Of a stretch of DNA of 64,000 nucleotides, positions 12,279 to 27,148 are shown piece by piece. Position 1 is the first letter of the stretch, and each line of letters begins with the position of its first letter. Source of the stretch: Eledone cirrhosa (taxonomy: Eukaryota); the NCBI GenBank assembly GCA_964016885.1, contig OZ024743.1, forward strand, positions 49,414,001 through 49,478,000, read 5' to 3'. Below the pieces are notes generated by a model. That model saw only the letters and a program-made list of their open reading frames with translations. It made no database searches and was not told the DNA's origin. The translations under genes and the position numbers were made by a program.

Positions 12279-15200
12279 CTGTGTCTGTAGTCTACCATAT
12301 TCAAAGTAGAATGTTAATATTTTAGACTGTGTCTGTAGTCTACCATATTCAAGGTAGGATGTTAATATTTTAGACTGTCTGTAGTCTACCATATTCAAGG
12401 TAGAATGTTAATATTTTAGACTGTGTCTGTAGTCTACCATATTCAAAGTAGAATGTTAATATTTTAGACTGTCTGTAGTCTACCATATTCAAGGTAGAAT
12501 GTTAATATTTTAGACTGTGTCTGTAGTCTACCATATTCAAGGTAGAATGTTAATATTTTAGACTGTGTCTGTAGTCTACCATATTCAAGGTAGAATGTTA
12601 ATATTTTAGACTGTGTCTGTAGTCTACCATATTCAAGGTAGAATGTTAATATTTTAGACTGTGTCTGTAGTCTACCATATTCAAGGTAGAATGTTAATAT
12701 TTTAGACTGTCTGTAGTCTACCATATTCAAGGTAGAATGTTAATATTTTAGACTGTGTCTGTAGTCTACCATATTCAAGGTAGAATGTTAATATTTTAGA
12801 CTGTGTCTGTAGTCTACCATATTCAAGGTAGAATGTTAATATTTTAGACTGTGTCTGTAGTCTACCATATTCAAGGTAGAATGTTAATATTTTAGACTGT
12901 GTCTGTAGTCTACCATATTCAAGGTAGAATGTTAATATTTTAGACTGTGTCTGTAGTCTACCATATTCAAGGTAGAATGTTAATATTTTAGACTGTGTCT
13001 GTAGTCTACCATATTCAAGGTAGAATGTTAATATTTTAGACTGTGTCTGTAGTCTACCATATTCAAGGTAGAATGTTAATATTTTAGACTGTGTCTGTAG
13101 TCTACCATATTCAAGGTAGAATGTTAATATTTTAGACTGTGTCTGTAGTCTACCATATTCAAGGTAGAATGTTAATATTTTAGACTGTTTGTAGTCTACC
13201 ATATTCAAGGTAGAATGTTAATATTTTAGACTGTGTCTGTAGTCTACCATATTCAAGGTAGAATGTTAATATTTTAGACTGTGTCTGTAGTCTACCATAT
13301 TCAAGGTAGAATGTTAATATTTTAGACTGTGTCTGTAGTCTACCATATTCAAGGTAGAATGTTAATATTTTAGACTGTGTCTGTAGTCTACCATATTCAA
13401 GGTAGAATGTTAATATTTTAGACTGTGTCTGTAGTCTACCATATTCAAGGTAGAATGTTAACATTTTAGACTGTGTCTGTAGTCTACCATATTCAAGGTA
13501 GAATGTTAATATTTTAGGCTGTATCTGTAGTCTACCATATTCAAGGTAGAATGTTAATATTTTAGACTGTGTCTGTAGTCTACTATATTCAAGGTAGAAT
13601 GTTAATATTTTAGACTGTGTCTGTAGTCTACCATATTCAAGGTAGAATGTTAATATTTTAGACTGTGTCTGTAGTCTACCATATTCAAGGTAGAATGTTA
13701 ATATTTTAGACTGTGTCTGTAGTCTACCATATTCAAGGTAGAATGTTAACATTTTAGACTGTGTCTGTAGTCTACCATATTCAAGGTAGAATGTTAATAT
13801 TTTAGGCTGTATCTGTAGTCTACCATATTCAAGGTAGAATGTTAATATTTTAGACTGTGTCTGTAGTCTACCATATTCAAGGTAGAATGTTAATATTTTA
13901 GACTGTCTGTAGTCTACCATATTCAAGGTAGAATGTTAATATTTTAGACTGTGTCTGTAGTCTACCATATTCAAAGTAGAATGTTAATATTTTAGACTGT
14001 CTGTAGTCTACCATATTCAAGGTAGAATGTTAATATTTTAGACTGTCTGTAGTCTACCATATTCAAGGTAGAATGTTTATATTTTAGACTGTGTCTGTAG
14101 TCTACCATATTCAAGGTAGAATGTTAACATTTTAGACTGTGTCTGTAGTCTACCATATTCAAGGTAGAATGTTTATATTTTAGACTGTGTCTGTAGTCTA
14201 CCATATTCAAGGTAGAATGTTAATATTTTAGACTGTGTCTGTAGTCTACCATATTCAAGGTAGAATGTTAATATTTTAGACTGTGTCTGTAGTCTACCAT
14301 ATTCAAGGTAGAATGTTAATATTTTAGACTGTGTCTGTAGTCTACCATATTCAAGGTAGGATGTTAATATTTTAGACTGTGTCTGTAGTCTACCATATTC
14401 AAGGTAGAATGTTAATATTTTAGACTGTGTCTGTAGTCTACCATATTCAAGGTAGAATGTTAATATTTTAGACTGTCTGTAGTCTACCATATTCAAGGTA
14501 GAATGTTTATATTTTAGACTGTCTGTAGTCTACCATATTCAAGGTAGAATGTTAACATTTTAGACTGTGTCTGTAGTCTACCATATTCAAGGTAGAATGT
14601 TTATATTTTAGACTGTGTCTGTAGTCTACCATATTCAAGGTAGAATGTTAATATTTTAGACTGTGTCTGTAGTCTACCATATTCAAGGTAGAATGTTAAT
14701 ATTTTAGACTGTGTCTGTAGTCTACCATATTCAAGGTAGAATGTTAATATTTTAGACTGTGTCTGTAGTCTACCATATTCAAGGTAGGATGTTAATATTT
14801 TAGACTGTGTCTGTAGTCTACCATATTCAAGGTAGAATGTTAATATTTTAGACTGTCTGTAGTCTACCATATTCAAGGTAGAATGTTAATATTTTAGACT
14901 GTCTGTAGTCTACCATATTCAAGGTAGAATGTTAATATTTTAGACTGTGTCTGTAGTCTACCATATTCAAGGTAGAATGTTAATATTTTAGACTGTCTGT
15001 AGTCTACCATATTCAAGGTAGAATGTTAATATTTTAGACTGTGTCTGTAGTCTACCATATTCAAGGTAGAATGTTAATATTTTAGACTGTGTCTGTAGTC
15101 TACCATATTCAAGGTAGGATGTTAATATTTTAGACTGTCTGTAGTCTACCATATTCAAGGTAGAATGTTAGTATTTTAGACTGTGTCTGTAGTCTACCAT

Positions 15201-16130
15201 ATTCAAGGTAGAATGTTAATATTTTAGACTCTGTAGTCTACCATATTCAAGGTAGAATGTTAATATTTTAGACTGTGTCTGTAGCCTACCATATTCAAGG
15301 TAGAATGTTAATATTTTAGACTGTCTGTAGTCTACCATATTCAAGGTAGAATGTTAATATTTTAAACTGTGTCTGTAGTCTACCATATTCAAGGTAGAAT
15401 GTTAATATTTTAGACTGTGTCTGTAGTCTACCATATTCAAGGTAGAATGTTAATATTTTAGACTGTGTCTGTAGTCTACCATATTCAAGGTAGAATGTTA
15501 ATATTTTAGACTCTGTAGTCTACCATATTCAAGGTAGAATGTTAATATTTTAGACTGTGTCTGTAGTCTACCATATTCAAGGTAGAATGTTAATATTTTA
15601 GACTGTGTCTGTAGTCTACCATATTCAAGGTAGGATGTTAATATTTTAGACTGTGTCTGTAGTCTACCATATTCAAGGTAGGATGTTAATATTTTAGACT
15701 GTGTCTGTAGTCTACCATATTCAAGGTAGAATGTTAATATTTTAGACTGTGTCTGTAGTCTACCATATTCAAGGTAGAATGTTAATATTTTAGACTGTGT
15801 CTGTAGTCTACCATATTCAAGGTAGAATGTTAATATTTTAGACTGTGTCTGTAGTCTACCATATTCAAGGTAGAATGTTAATATTTTAGACTGTGTCTGT
15901 AGTCTACCATATTCAAGGTAGAATGTTAATATTTTAGACTGTGTCTGTAGTCTACCATATTCAAGGTAGAATGTTAATATTTTAGACTGTGTCTGTAGTC
16001 TACCATAATCAAGGTAGAATGTTAATATTTTAGACTGTGTCTGTAGTCTACCATATTCAAGGTAGAATGTTAATATTTTAGACTGTGTCTGTAGTCTACC
16101 ATATTCAAGGTAGGATGTTAATATTTCAGA
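12279..16130. repeat. 48-bp tandem minisatellite, about 80 copies
   Basis: Unit ctgtgtctgtagtctaccatattcaaggtagaatgttaatattttaga, with 46- and 44-bp deletion variants. Confidence 0.99.
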
Positions 16131-16844
16131 TAGATTATTAGATTGAGCACTGTATTTATCCTGACCAAAGATTCAATGGGGTCCTAATTAAATGATTTAC
16201 TCCTACCTGAAGACAGGAAATGAGAAAAAGAGGCTGTTAATGGTGTCATGATATTTATTATCATAAATTTCAACACAGAATGTCTTCTTTAGTCTGTTGA
16301 AGTAAGTATAGGTATGCAGTGTAATACTTCTTTTGGTGCTTAGAAGAGACAAGATGAATTATTGTAATATGGTGCTGAGGAAACTGGCTGTCTTTTATCA
16401 CCAGATCCATTTCAATTTTAAAACTCTCGCTCAAATCTTTCTTTTTAACACTGTAAGGATAATTACATCTTAAAGAAGATACATCTCATTCATCTTAGGT
16501 GAATGTAGCATTGACCAGGATGAGTTAATGTCATCAGACAGTATCCAGTTTTCATTGGGTATTTTGACTCTGAACTGTAACATCCTCTCATTGGATGATT
16601 AGAAATGGTGGTCAAATCACTGCCAATCTCTTCCTGGCTTCCAGCATATCTCCTCTCTGCCATTCCATAACCAACATGAGGTTCTCTCTACTGCCACCCC
16701 CATCCTGCAAGCTGCTGTCTTGGCTGCCACCCCATCTTGCTAGCTTTTGTCTCTGCTCGTTATTTCAATGGCAATGAGTATTCTCTATACTGATTGAGCC
16801 AGGAATACAAAAAATTTCTATTGTGATAAAACATAGAAGAGTTG

Positions 16845-16955
16845 TTTGACCTGAAGTTATAATAGAAGACACTCTTTCCCAAGGTGCCACACTGTGGGAT
16901 AGAAACTAGAACTATGTGGTTACCAAGTGAACTTCTTAACCATACAGCCATGCCT
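16845..16955 (-). mobile_element. tRNA-derived SINE head
   Basis: The reverse complement ggcatggctgtatggttaagaag...cccacagtgtggcaccttggg has an A-box-like start and a tRNA-like layout. Confidence 0.65.
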
Positions 16956-17312
16956 ATGCCTGTTTCAATATTTTGTCATTGTCAATTTGAAGTGATGCTG
17001 ATGATAAAGTGTCATTTTGTCTTCAATTTTATTTCTGTTGTTTACACAATCAAGTCTTAGAATAAACAACTGTGTTGCCATGTTTGAGATGATGGCTACA
17101 ATCATGTGTTGTTGTCTTTTGAACTCCTGCAAATAAACTAAATAATTTAGCTTAGTATTTTTATAAAAGAATGTTTCCATTCTATATATGAGATATTTTG
17201 TGTCAAAATCAATACCATTGAGTTAATAAGTAGTCAGATCTTGTCACAATAGAAAACTATATTTTGGTTTGGTCAAATCTATTTCTGAAGTAGAGCTGTT
17301 TGGAAATATTTC

Positions 17313-17735
17313 ACCCCCACTCTACCACCACCCACCATATTACAGTAGTGGGAGGCACCCCCCACTACCACTACCCACCACCACCATCACCATATAACAG
17401 TAGTGGGAGGTACCCCCACACTACCACCACCACCATATTACAGTAGTGGGACGTACCCTCCACTCTCACCACCACCATATTACAGTAGTGGGAGGTACCC
17501 CAACTCTACTACCACCATATTACAGTAGTGGGAGGTACCCCCACTCTACCACCACCACCACCATATTACAGTAGTGGGAGGTACCCCCACTCTACCACCA
17601 CCATATTACAGTAGTGGGAGGTACCCCCACTCTACCACCACCATATTACAGTAGTGGGAGGTACCCCCACTCTACCACCACCATATTACAGTAGTGGGAG
17701 GTACCCCCACTCTACCACCACCCACCATATTACAT
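17313..17735. repeat. ~40-bp minisatellite, about 10 copies
   Basis: Unit ccatattacagtagtgggaggtacccccactctaccacca, which contains the near-palindrome gtgggaggtacccccac. Confidence 0.95.
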
Positions 17736-18307
17736 AGCACCTTCAAAGGTTCCAGTTTTAATTAATTACCTTTATAGCTATATTCTTTTCAATGTAAGCA
17801 ATATTCTGTTGGCCTCCATTTCATGTTTTTACATATTCTCTAGACTGAAACATGAAACTGAAATACACCAACATGTCCTATAATTATACCAAACTCTGCA
17901 GGTTCTATATATTCAAATTTATATTATATTCTGTGGTGAATAGGAAAAAGGGGTAGACTGATATATTTTCCTGGTTAAAACTTCTTCATTGCCAGAAATA
18001 GTTGTTATATAATTGTATATTTACTGTACTTCATGGTTGACTTGTTTTATTGTAGTTACTCTTCACTTGATTGATTTCATGATAGAAAGGTGTGAGATTG
18101 GGGTGTTGGTTGAAGGAAAATATATGTGGGTACAGATTGAGTTTTGTTCCTTGATTCCTCAATTTTGTTGCTTAATCTTCAGCACGCTCTAGGTGCCTTA
18201 TGTCACCAATAGAGTAATCTCCCTTTAATACATAATACATAATACAATGTCAAGGGAAGTGATTCATAAAAAAATTCAGTTTACTAAAGGTTAATTTTGA
18301 TTACAAA

Positions 18308-18560
18308 TCATCATCATGATCTTCATTATCATATTCATTTTCCCATGCTCACCTGGGTTGGATGAGTCCTCTCCAACATACCATCTCTCCATTTGTTTCT
18401 TTCCTTACTTATCCTCTTTGTATAGTTCAGTTTCTTAAAAATCAGCTTTTATTATCTCTGCCGACATCCTTCTTGATCTTTCTTCCCACAGCTTCCTTCA
18501 ATGTGTATCTCACTCCTTCATCCAACCATTACCATCCATACACATTAGCTGTCCTATCTT
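18308..18560 (-). mobile_element. RTE LINE 3' fragment with (GAT)n tail
   Basis: The minus strand gives a decayed ...IEGSCG...AEIIKADF... reading, followed by ccaacccaggtgagcatgggaaaatg and a gat-rich tail. Confidence 0.55.
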
Positions 18561-18574
18561 ATTACATATACCTC

Positions 18575-18947
18575 CAGACAACTCATTTCCTTCTTTAGAT
18601 ACCACTTCAGAAGGAGAATCAGAGTGGAGAGAGAGGTACTGCACCCTAGTAAATTCCCTGAAAGGTAGGTGAATGTGGCAAAAAATGGCCTGAGTGATTG
18701 GGCTTTCTTTGTATATAAACCTGTAGGTTGAAGAAGAGAGCGAAAAGAAGAAAAGAGTACTTGCACAACATGCTCCTGGAGTTGAGGGTTGTTCTATCTA
18801 CGGGGTATAAAGCAACCCATTTGTAATGCCTCCCCTCTATTGGGGATTTCGATTGTAAAATCCCCACCATATGTCTTTGATCTGTCCCCTTTTCTTGTGC
18901 GCCCTTGTGGCAAATAAAGAAATATAAAAAAAAAAAAAAAAAAAAAA
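18575..18947 (+). mobile_element. L1/Tx1-type LINE 3' end with polyA
   Basis: Reads LISFFRYHFRRRIRVEREVLHPSKFPER*VNVAK (Tx1-like ORF2 C-terminus, from recall), then a UTR, AATAAA at 18913 and a ~22-nt A tail. Confidence 0.65.
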
Positions 18948-20529
18948 TATATATATCTAATTACATATATACTTCTCTTTACACCAGAATGGTGGTGGTG
19001 TTGTTACTGGTGGTGGTGTTGTTACTGGTGGTGTTAGTGGTGGTGGTGGTGTTAGTGGTGTTGGTAATGTTAGTGGTAGTGGTATTAGTGGTGTTATGGT
19101 GGTGTTGTGGTGGTGGTGGTGTTGTTATGGTGGTGTTGTGGTGGTAATGCTTCAGCTGTATGTCTGGGTTACCTTGTCAGGTGACTACTATCAGATTATT
19201 GATTTGTAATTTTGAAATTAAGATGGAGACAGGTTGTTAGTCTTGGTATCTGTTTTACTTGGTGGCTGCCTTAATTATTAATTAAATCACCAGTCGTTAA
19301 CTGGATTGGCTTTTACTATACCGTATAATTGGTGGCACTAAAACATTAGCTGTCTACTCATTGGACTGAGAGAGAGAGACAGACAGACAGATAGAGGAGA
19401 GAGAGAGAAAATGTGGTTGTAGTGAGATGATTATTATAATGATTATGGATTAATTATGTATTATTCCAAATGTAAGATATGATGGATATTTGCAATTTTA
19501 AAACCGGAAACTTGTCATTGGTAGATTGCCCATTTAATCAATGAGGGGAAGGTCTTTGAAGACATACCACTACTTCTTTAGTAACTAGGTCAGATTTTGT
19601 TGTTGTTGTTGGCAGCAACATTTGATGCAGTGTTTAATCAACCATGTCAAGCAACTATTTTTATGCTTTCACTGCCTGTGAAATGTGCTAAACATTTGTG
19701 ATGTTATTGCTTGGCGACACACTTCTACGAAATGATGTTGGCTCAATACAGCACACTTCTCATATGAAACGATATTGTCTCTCACTATTACTGGATCCTG
19801 ATTGTTTGTAAACCTTAATTACTTTCGTGGACAGGCTAATCGTTTGAACTGACCTCACTTTCAGACAGAATTAGTTTTCTTTTTCTACGTAATAAATATC
19901 TGAGCTGTGTGTAGCTTCCATTGATTTTTACATTAGATAAATTTCCATTTTATGTTTGTTCTTTGACTTTCTCAATGGTTGCATAAATAGTACATCTATA
20001 GAGTTAGGGCAAGCATTTGAAGCCTGATCTTTTGAGGGACATATTTATGTGTATATACATTATCATCATCATCATCATCATCATCATCATCGTTTTATGC
20101 CTGTTTTCCCTGCTGGCTTGGGTTGGACCGGTCATCATGGTCTGAAACTAGATGTGTTGGGTAACTATGCCTTGTTCATATCTTCCATATTTCAGCATGG
20201 TTTCTATGGTTGAACATCCATCCTAAGGCCAACTACTTTACAGAGTATACTGTGTGTATTGTAGTATCAACACTGGAGAGTTTGTCAAGTCCTTTCCGAG
20301 ACCAAAGACTCCCCTCTTTCCTACGTTATCCAACTTTTATTCGTTGACCCCTTCAAGAAGCATGAGGTCATATGGAAAGGTGATACATAAGTTCCTGTGA
20401 ATAAATAGGGTTTGGTCCTTAGGTAACAAATCCCTATAGTTGGTTATTCCAAAGACCCATGACCATATAAGACTCACAGATATATAGATCCACTGATATA
20501 TAAGACCAGCAGGTATATATAAGACCTAT

Positions 20530-21680
20530 ATATAAGACCTACAGGTATATATACACCCACAGCTATATATATATACACCCACAGGTATATATACAACCAC
20601 AGCTATATATACACCCACAGCAATATATACACCCACAGCTATATATACATCCACAGCTATATATACACCTACAGCTATATATACACCCACAGCTATATAT
20701 ACACCCACAGCTATATATACACCCACAGCTATATATGCACCCACAGCTATATATACACCCACAGCTATATATACACCCACAGCTATATATACACCCACAG
20801 CTATATATACATCCACAGCTATATATACACCCACAGCTATATATACACCCACAGCTATATATACACCCACAGCTATATATACATCCACAGCTATATATAC
20901 ACCCACAGCTATATATGCACCCACAGCTATATATACACCCACAGCTATATATACACCCACAGCTATATATACACCCACAGCTATATATACATCCACAGCT
21001 ATATATACACCCACAGCTATATATACACCCACAGCTATATATACATCCACAGCTATATATACACCCACAGCTATATATACACCCACAGCTATATATACAT
21101 CCACAGCTATATATACACCCACAGCTATATATACACCCACAGCTATATATACACCCACAGCTATATATACATCCACAGCTATATATACATCCACAGCTAT
21201 ATATACACCCACAGCTATATATACACCCACAGCTATATATACACCCACAGCTATATATACACCCATAGCTATATATACACCCACAGCTATATATATATAT
21301 ACACACCCACAGCTATATATACACCCACAGCTATATATACACCCACAGCTATATATACGCCCACAGCTATATATACATCCACAGCTATATATACATCCAC
21401 AGCTATATATACACTCACAGGTATATATACACCCACAGCTATATATACACCCATAGCTATATATACACCCACAGCTATATATATATATATATATATACAC
21501 CCACAGCTATATATATATATATACACCCACAGCTATATATATATATATATACACCCATAGCTATATATACACCCACAGCTATATATACACCCACAGCTAT
21601 ATATATATATAGACCCACAGCTATATATATATATACACCCACATCTATATATACACCCACAGCTATATATACACCCACAG
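20530..21680. repeat. 18-bp minisatellite, about 60 copies, with internal (AT)n expansions
   Basis: Unit cacccacagctatatata. Confidence 0.98.
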
Positions 21681-21711
21681 TCTTATAAAACCCTATTTCA
21701 ATGAAATATTA

Positions 21712-21746
<35 letters not shown>

Positions 21747-21768
21747 TGTAATTTCAGGTGTTTTTGAA

Positions 21769-22302
21769 TCTCTATATATAAAGTTGTAGTTCCTGCTTGT
21801 TTGTTCACGAACTCCTCCTATGGTTTTGGAGATAGACCCCCATAACCATATATATTCTGAAACTACATTGCCCAGGGTACTTGGATAAGTATATTTCATT
21901 TTAATCAAAGGGTTCCCCGGGGCCACAAACTCCCACTGAAATTTTTTTCCCTGCAATTTATATGAAATTTAAACCATAGATAAATGATAAAATATGTTGC
22001 CTATTCACAAAATTTCAGCAAATTTAAATAATATTAAGACACCCTAATGGGGATTAAACCCCCTATAATGAAAATTTTCAAAGCCCATAACTTGAGTATT
22101 GGAACCTCTATTATCACAGGGTTTTTCTATTAATTAAATGTAAATCAACAAAAAAAGCACCTCTCTTTTATAGTAAAATTTGGCTAATTTAGACATTTTA
22201 TCTATGGCAAGACATCACTAGAATTATGACAACAAAAATTATTAATTAATGCCTCTACTTTTTTATGTGTGAAACGCAGCAAGGCGCAGGTAATTCGGCT
22301 AG
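21769..22302 (+). mobile_element. Putative non-autonomous Helitron
   Basis: 5' end is A|TCTCTATATATAAAG. The 3' end has a GC-rich decayed hairpin (cgcagcaaggcgcagg) shortly before CTAG|T. It sits between A and T with no TSD. Confidence 0.6.
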
Positions 22303-22401
22303 TAAATAAATAAAATGTCTTATTTGCCATCAAATATAATATTCATCCTCAGTGCAAATAGTGTTAAATAGATAAATCCTACACACAGTTTAAATAATGA
22401 A

Positions 22402-22598
22402 GTAATAATTATTTCTACTTTTGGTACAAGGCCAGCAATTATCCCAGTATGTTACTGGTACTTTATTTTATTGACCCCTGTAAGGATGAAAGGCAAAATT
22501 AATCTCGGTGGGATTTAAACTCAGACCGTAAAGGGACGTAACTCCACGCTGCAAAGCATGACGTCCAACCTTCAACCGATACTGCCAATCCACTGCCC
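22402..22598 (-). mobile_element. Full-length tRNA-derived SINE with 11-bp TSD
   Basis: Matches 61843-62031 in reverse and is flanked by taaataatgaa at 22391-22401 and 22599-22609. Confidence 0.9.
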
Positions 22599-24125
22599 TA
22601 AATAATGAAATAAAGAAAATTATTGTGTACACTGGTCAGCTGCACTACAACACTGCACTGAGAATGAAAAATATAGAGAGGTTCAGTTTATCTCTGTATT
22701 TTCCCATCAAAAGCTGTAGTTGGAACACATTAAACTTTGTAACTGTTATAGAAACATATAACTATGACTGTTATACTGTAATTGTGATAAAAGGATAAAT
22801 TTAATGATGTGTGATGGGAGGTAGATTTAACAGTTTCTTACACATGGACAATAGGGTATAATTAAAAAGATAAATATATAACTAAAACAGTAAGTTGGTG
22901 TTTATTGATAATTTTCTTTTGAAAATTAATATTTCATCCATCAGTGTATATTTGAATATCCATGTTCTGTTATTTTTGGAGGAAAAAAAATCAATCACAT
23001 TTATGAATCTGTCTCCAGGAGTAATTAGCAAGACATTGATCTATTTCTATGATGTTTTCTGGTGAAGTGGAAATCTATCTCAACACAGTTTTCTATGCTG
23101 TCATCAATTAGCACTGCTCACTACCTCCACTGCTGTACACCACCTCCATTGCTGTACACCACCTCCATTTTACTGCTGTACATCACTCCACTCTACTACT
23201 GTATTCCACCTTCACTCCACTCTGCTACTCTACAGCATCTACCTTCACTCCACTACAGTACACCTTCCTCACTAATTTTAAATCTCAAATATTTGTGTTC
23301 ATTATAAATCTTGTTTATAGTAATTTGTATATTTATTAAATAATGCAGCCCCCGCTATTTAGTGAGCTCTTTAAATATTTATACAATGTATATATACTAT
23401 ATTATTTGTATGTTTAAATATTTATATAATGTATATATACTATATTATTTGTCTATTTATGTATCATAGCCTTCATCCAATCTAATAAGCTGTTTACATA
23501 TTTAATGTATACACTATATTGCTTGTATATCTCAAGCATACTACAGCATTCTAGTGGAATAATAACAACATTATAGTAATAACCACAAATATTATCATCC
23601 ACTTATGGAAGTAGCAATGGGAATATTAGTTTTATAACTTTGCTTTATCAGTTATATCATCATTCTACAGTAAACATATTAATGCTATAAATATTAAATA
23701 TACTTTCACATATTAAACTAACTTTTTGTATAATTTAATAACCAGCTAGGTTTTAATAACAGCATTTATCATCATCACTGTTTTCCATCTTTTTTCCATG
23801 CTGGCACGGGTTAGATGGGTTGTCATGTTATGAGACTAAGCAGGTCATATAGTCATCTCTTGCTCATACATCCTAGTTTGGAATAATTTCTAGACTTGGA
23901 TGCTCTTCCTAATGCCAACTACTTTAGAGCATATATTGGGTGCATTTTATTGTTACACCAATGCACAACCATACATTTTTCCATGCAGTCATGGATCGGG
24001 CAGGATGCTTTGAGATAATGTTTTACAGCTGATGTCCTTCCTGACACCAACCTTTTCTGTTGCCTCTTATGATGCACAGGAATACGGTATACCTATTCTA
24101 TAAACTGGAATACACATGCAGGCAA

Positions 24126-24260
<135 letters not shown>

Positions 24261-24320
24261 ATGGCTGTCCACTCGTGTCTGAGGAAGACCATCACTGATT
24301 AACTAGTTAGTATGCAGATA

Positions 24321-24951
24321 ACTGGTAGATATAGTGTTGACATTGACTGTATGACATATACACTAGCTGGTAGATATAGTGTTGACATTGACTGTATGAC
24401 ATATACACTAGCTGGTAGAGATAGTGTTGACATTGACTGTATGACATATACACTAGCTGGTAGAGATAGTGTTGACATTGACTGTATGACATATACACTA
24501 GCTGGTAGAGATAGTGTTGACATTGACTGTATGTCATATACACTAGCTGGTAGATATAGTGTTGACATTGACTGTATGGCATATACACTAGCTGGTAGAG
24601 ATAGTGTTGACATTGACTGTATGGCATATACACTAGCTGGTAGAGATAGTGTTGACATTGACTGTATGACATATACACTAGCTGGTAGAGATAGTGTTGA
24701 CATTGACTGTATGTCATATACACTAGCTGGTAGAGATAGTGTTGACATTGACTGTATGACATATACACTAGCTGGTAGATATGGTGTTGACATTGACTGT
24801 ATGTCATATACACTAGCTGGTAGATATAGTGTTGACATTGACTGTATGGCATATACACTAGCTGGTAGATATGGTGTTGACATTGACTGTATGTCATATA
24901 CACTAGCTGGTAGATATAGTGTTGACATTGTATCTGACATACACTAGCTGG
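24321..24951. repeat. 45-bp minisatellite, about 14 copies
   Basis: Unit ctggtagatatagtgttgacattgactgtatgacatatacactag. Confidence 0.98.
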
Positions 24952-27002
24952 TATCATTGACTCTATCACATAACATTGACAATTCATACACACCAATCTA
25001 TTCCTGGTATTATCGAAATAACAAACTTGATTATTAGTTAAGAAACTGACAACAAGGAGCTATGTAGTTGCTTAGAACATCTTTGGACAACTGATACTGA
25101 AGGTTGTGTGGATGATGTATATAACTTAATTTTGTAGGCAGTCTACAGGTCAACATATATCTGTGAGTCAGTACTAGTTTCTTATCTGTATAACTGATCA
25201 ATTAACCTTTTAATTGTTTTGTTATTTCTGTCCTATCTACTCCTTCATTTTCTGCAAGTTTTCATTAGTTGATGTCTTGGTCTTTAGCCAATTCCCTTAA
25301 TTACTCCTCATTACCACAATCTTGCTTCCTATTAACTTTGTTTACTTCAGAAAATTCTACTAAATTACATATTGTTTCTACTTTCTCCATATCTCCTTTA
25401 ATGACAGCTCTTTATAGCATCATGGTGCTGCCAATAGCTTCTCATTGTCCGGAGTGGGGGCAGTGTGTGTGAGGATGTGTGTTTGTCTGTCTGAGGATAT
25501 GTCTGTATGTAGCTCTGTATGTCTGTGTGTGGATGAGAGGATCTTGATGCTTGTGTGAGGATGTGTGTTTGTCTGTCTGAGGATATGTCTGTGTGAGGAT
25601 GTGAGGATCTGTAAGTGTGTCTGTTTGTGTGTATTAGTGAACATGTGCATTATTGAATGTAATGTGTGTTTATATGGATTACAACTGCTCCAATGATTAA
25701 CTTGGCATTAAATAGCCTGTTGATTCATATGGCTGTAATCTGTATGCCCCCTCCCCATATAGACACACATACACAATCATAGCTATAATCTGCAACACAC
25801 CATGTACACATACATCTATAATCACATGGCTGTAATCTACAACCCACCATTTACACACACAGACGCAATCATATAGCTATAACCTGCAACACACTACATA
25901 TACACAGACACACATACTACCATCTTCAATGGAACTTGGTCTATTCATTCATATCTTCCAGAACAACAGTTTGGGGTTTGAAACCAAATTACTCCAGTAA
26001 TTTTCATACAATTTCTCAGTCTTTGTCTCAGAGCCATGTTCTTAGAACCTCAAAATAGCTTCACAACATATTTCTAGATTTAAGATTTCATCATCATCTC
26101 CTTTTTGAATAAACTAAATTTATTTCATTTGAAAGTAAAAACTCAATTTCCTTCATTGAGGAATGTTATTGTGATAAAGACCACACAAGTACTCTATATT
26201 CCATCAGATCAATGAGGAATGTTATTGATTGCTTCATGCTTAAATTTCCTAATTGACATTAAAAGTGATTTTGAATGTTTTTTGTACATTTTTTTTTAGT
26301 TTACAATTCTTAAATTTTTTTTTTTTCATATAAAATACATAATGATGATGATGACATGAGTGATTCGTTTTAATTTTATAAATTGTACAGCCATTCCTCT
26401 TTGTTAGTTAAGTCTTGATTTTAGTTGAACAATGCAAGTTTCTATATCTGGGAGAGTTGTAATAAACATACATATATTGAAGTGAGCCATTGATGATGAT
26501 GATCATCATGTATGTTGGCCAACAGTATGTAGATGTTGTTTCCATTGGATGGGATTCTGTACCAGTAATTCACATGTGAAATCTAGCAGCTTTAGGTGGC
26601 GTGTTATATCCTTGAACAAAACATTTCATTTCACGTTGCTCCAATCCACTGAAAATTAATACCTGCACCAACTTGAGGCTAACCCGTAACATACTAGCCT
26701 TGTGTCACAGTTGCTTAATGCCAGATGAACCTGGGGTAAAATCTGGCCTAGTGAGCCTCAGTTCAATAAAAATGTTTTTCAGTTTTAGGAAGAGGAGGAA
26801 AAGCAAATGAAAAACATCACTTAGGTGTCTTCTTTCTTTCTTCTTTTATGCCCAAGCTCCAGATGGAGTCGTAGGGGTGCCATAGTGACCTACAGTTTTT
26901 CTTGGACATTTTTGAAGCATGGAGGAGTCCATCCCTCTCCAAATCTGAACACTGCAGATTCTTCCAGAGAAGGATAGAAAGTGGGGAAAAGACATAGAGG
27001 AG

Positions 27003-27148
27003 AATCGACCCCAATATTGGACTCATACTTTTTTTTATCAATCTCGAAAGAATGAAAGGCAAAGTTAACCCCAGCGCGGTTTGAACTCGGAGAGCCAGAA
27101 CCACTACCACAAAGCATTCTATCCGGTATTCTAACAACTCTACCAATT
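27003..27148 (-). mobile_element. Diverged tRNA-derived SINE
   Basis: gaaagaatgaaaggcaaagttaaccccagcgcggtttgaactc matches the family core and B box. Confidence 0.7.

Noticed and set aside
12220-12310. Peptide NISTDKNIDVENESNKILFVCVCSLPYS resembling the start of a PHD finger at the edge of the 48-bp array
   Set aside because: The match is short, the donor is weak and no downstream finger exon was found.
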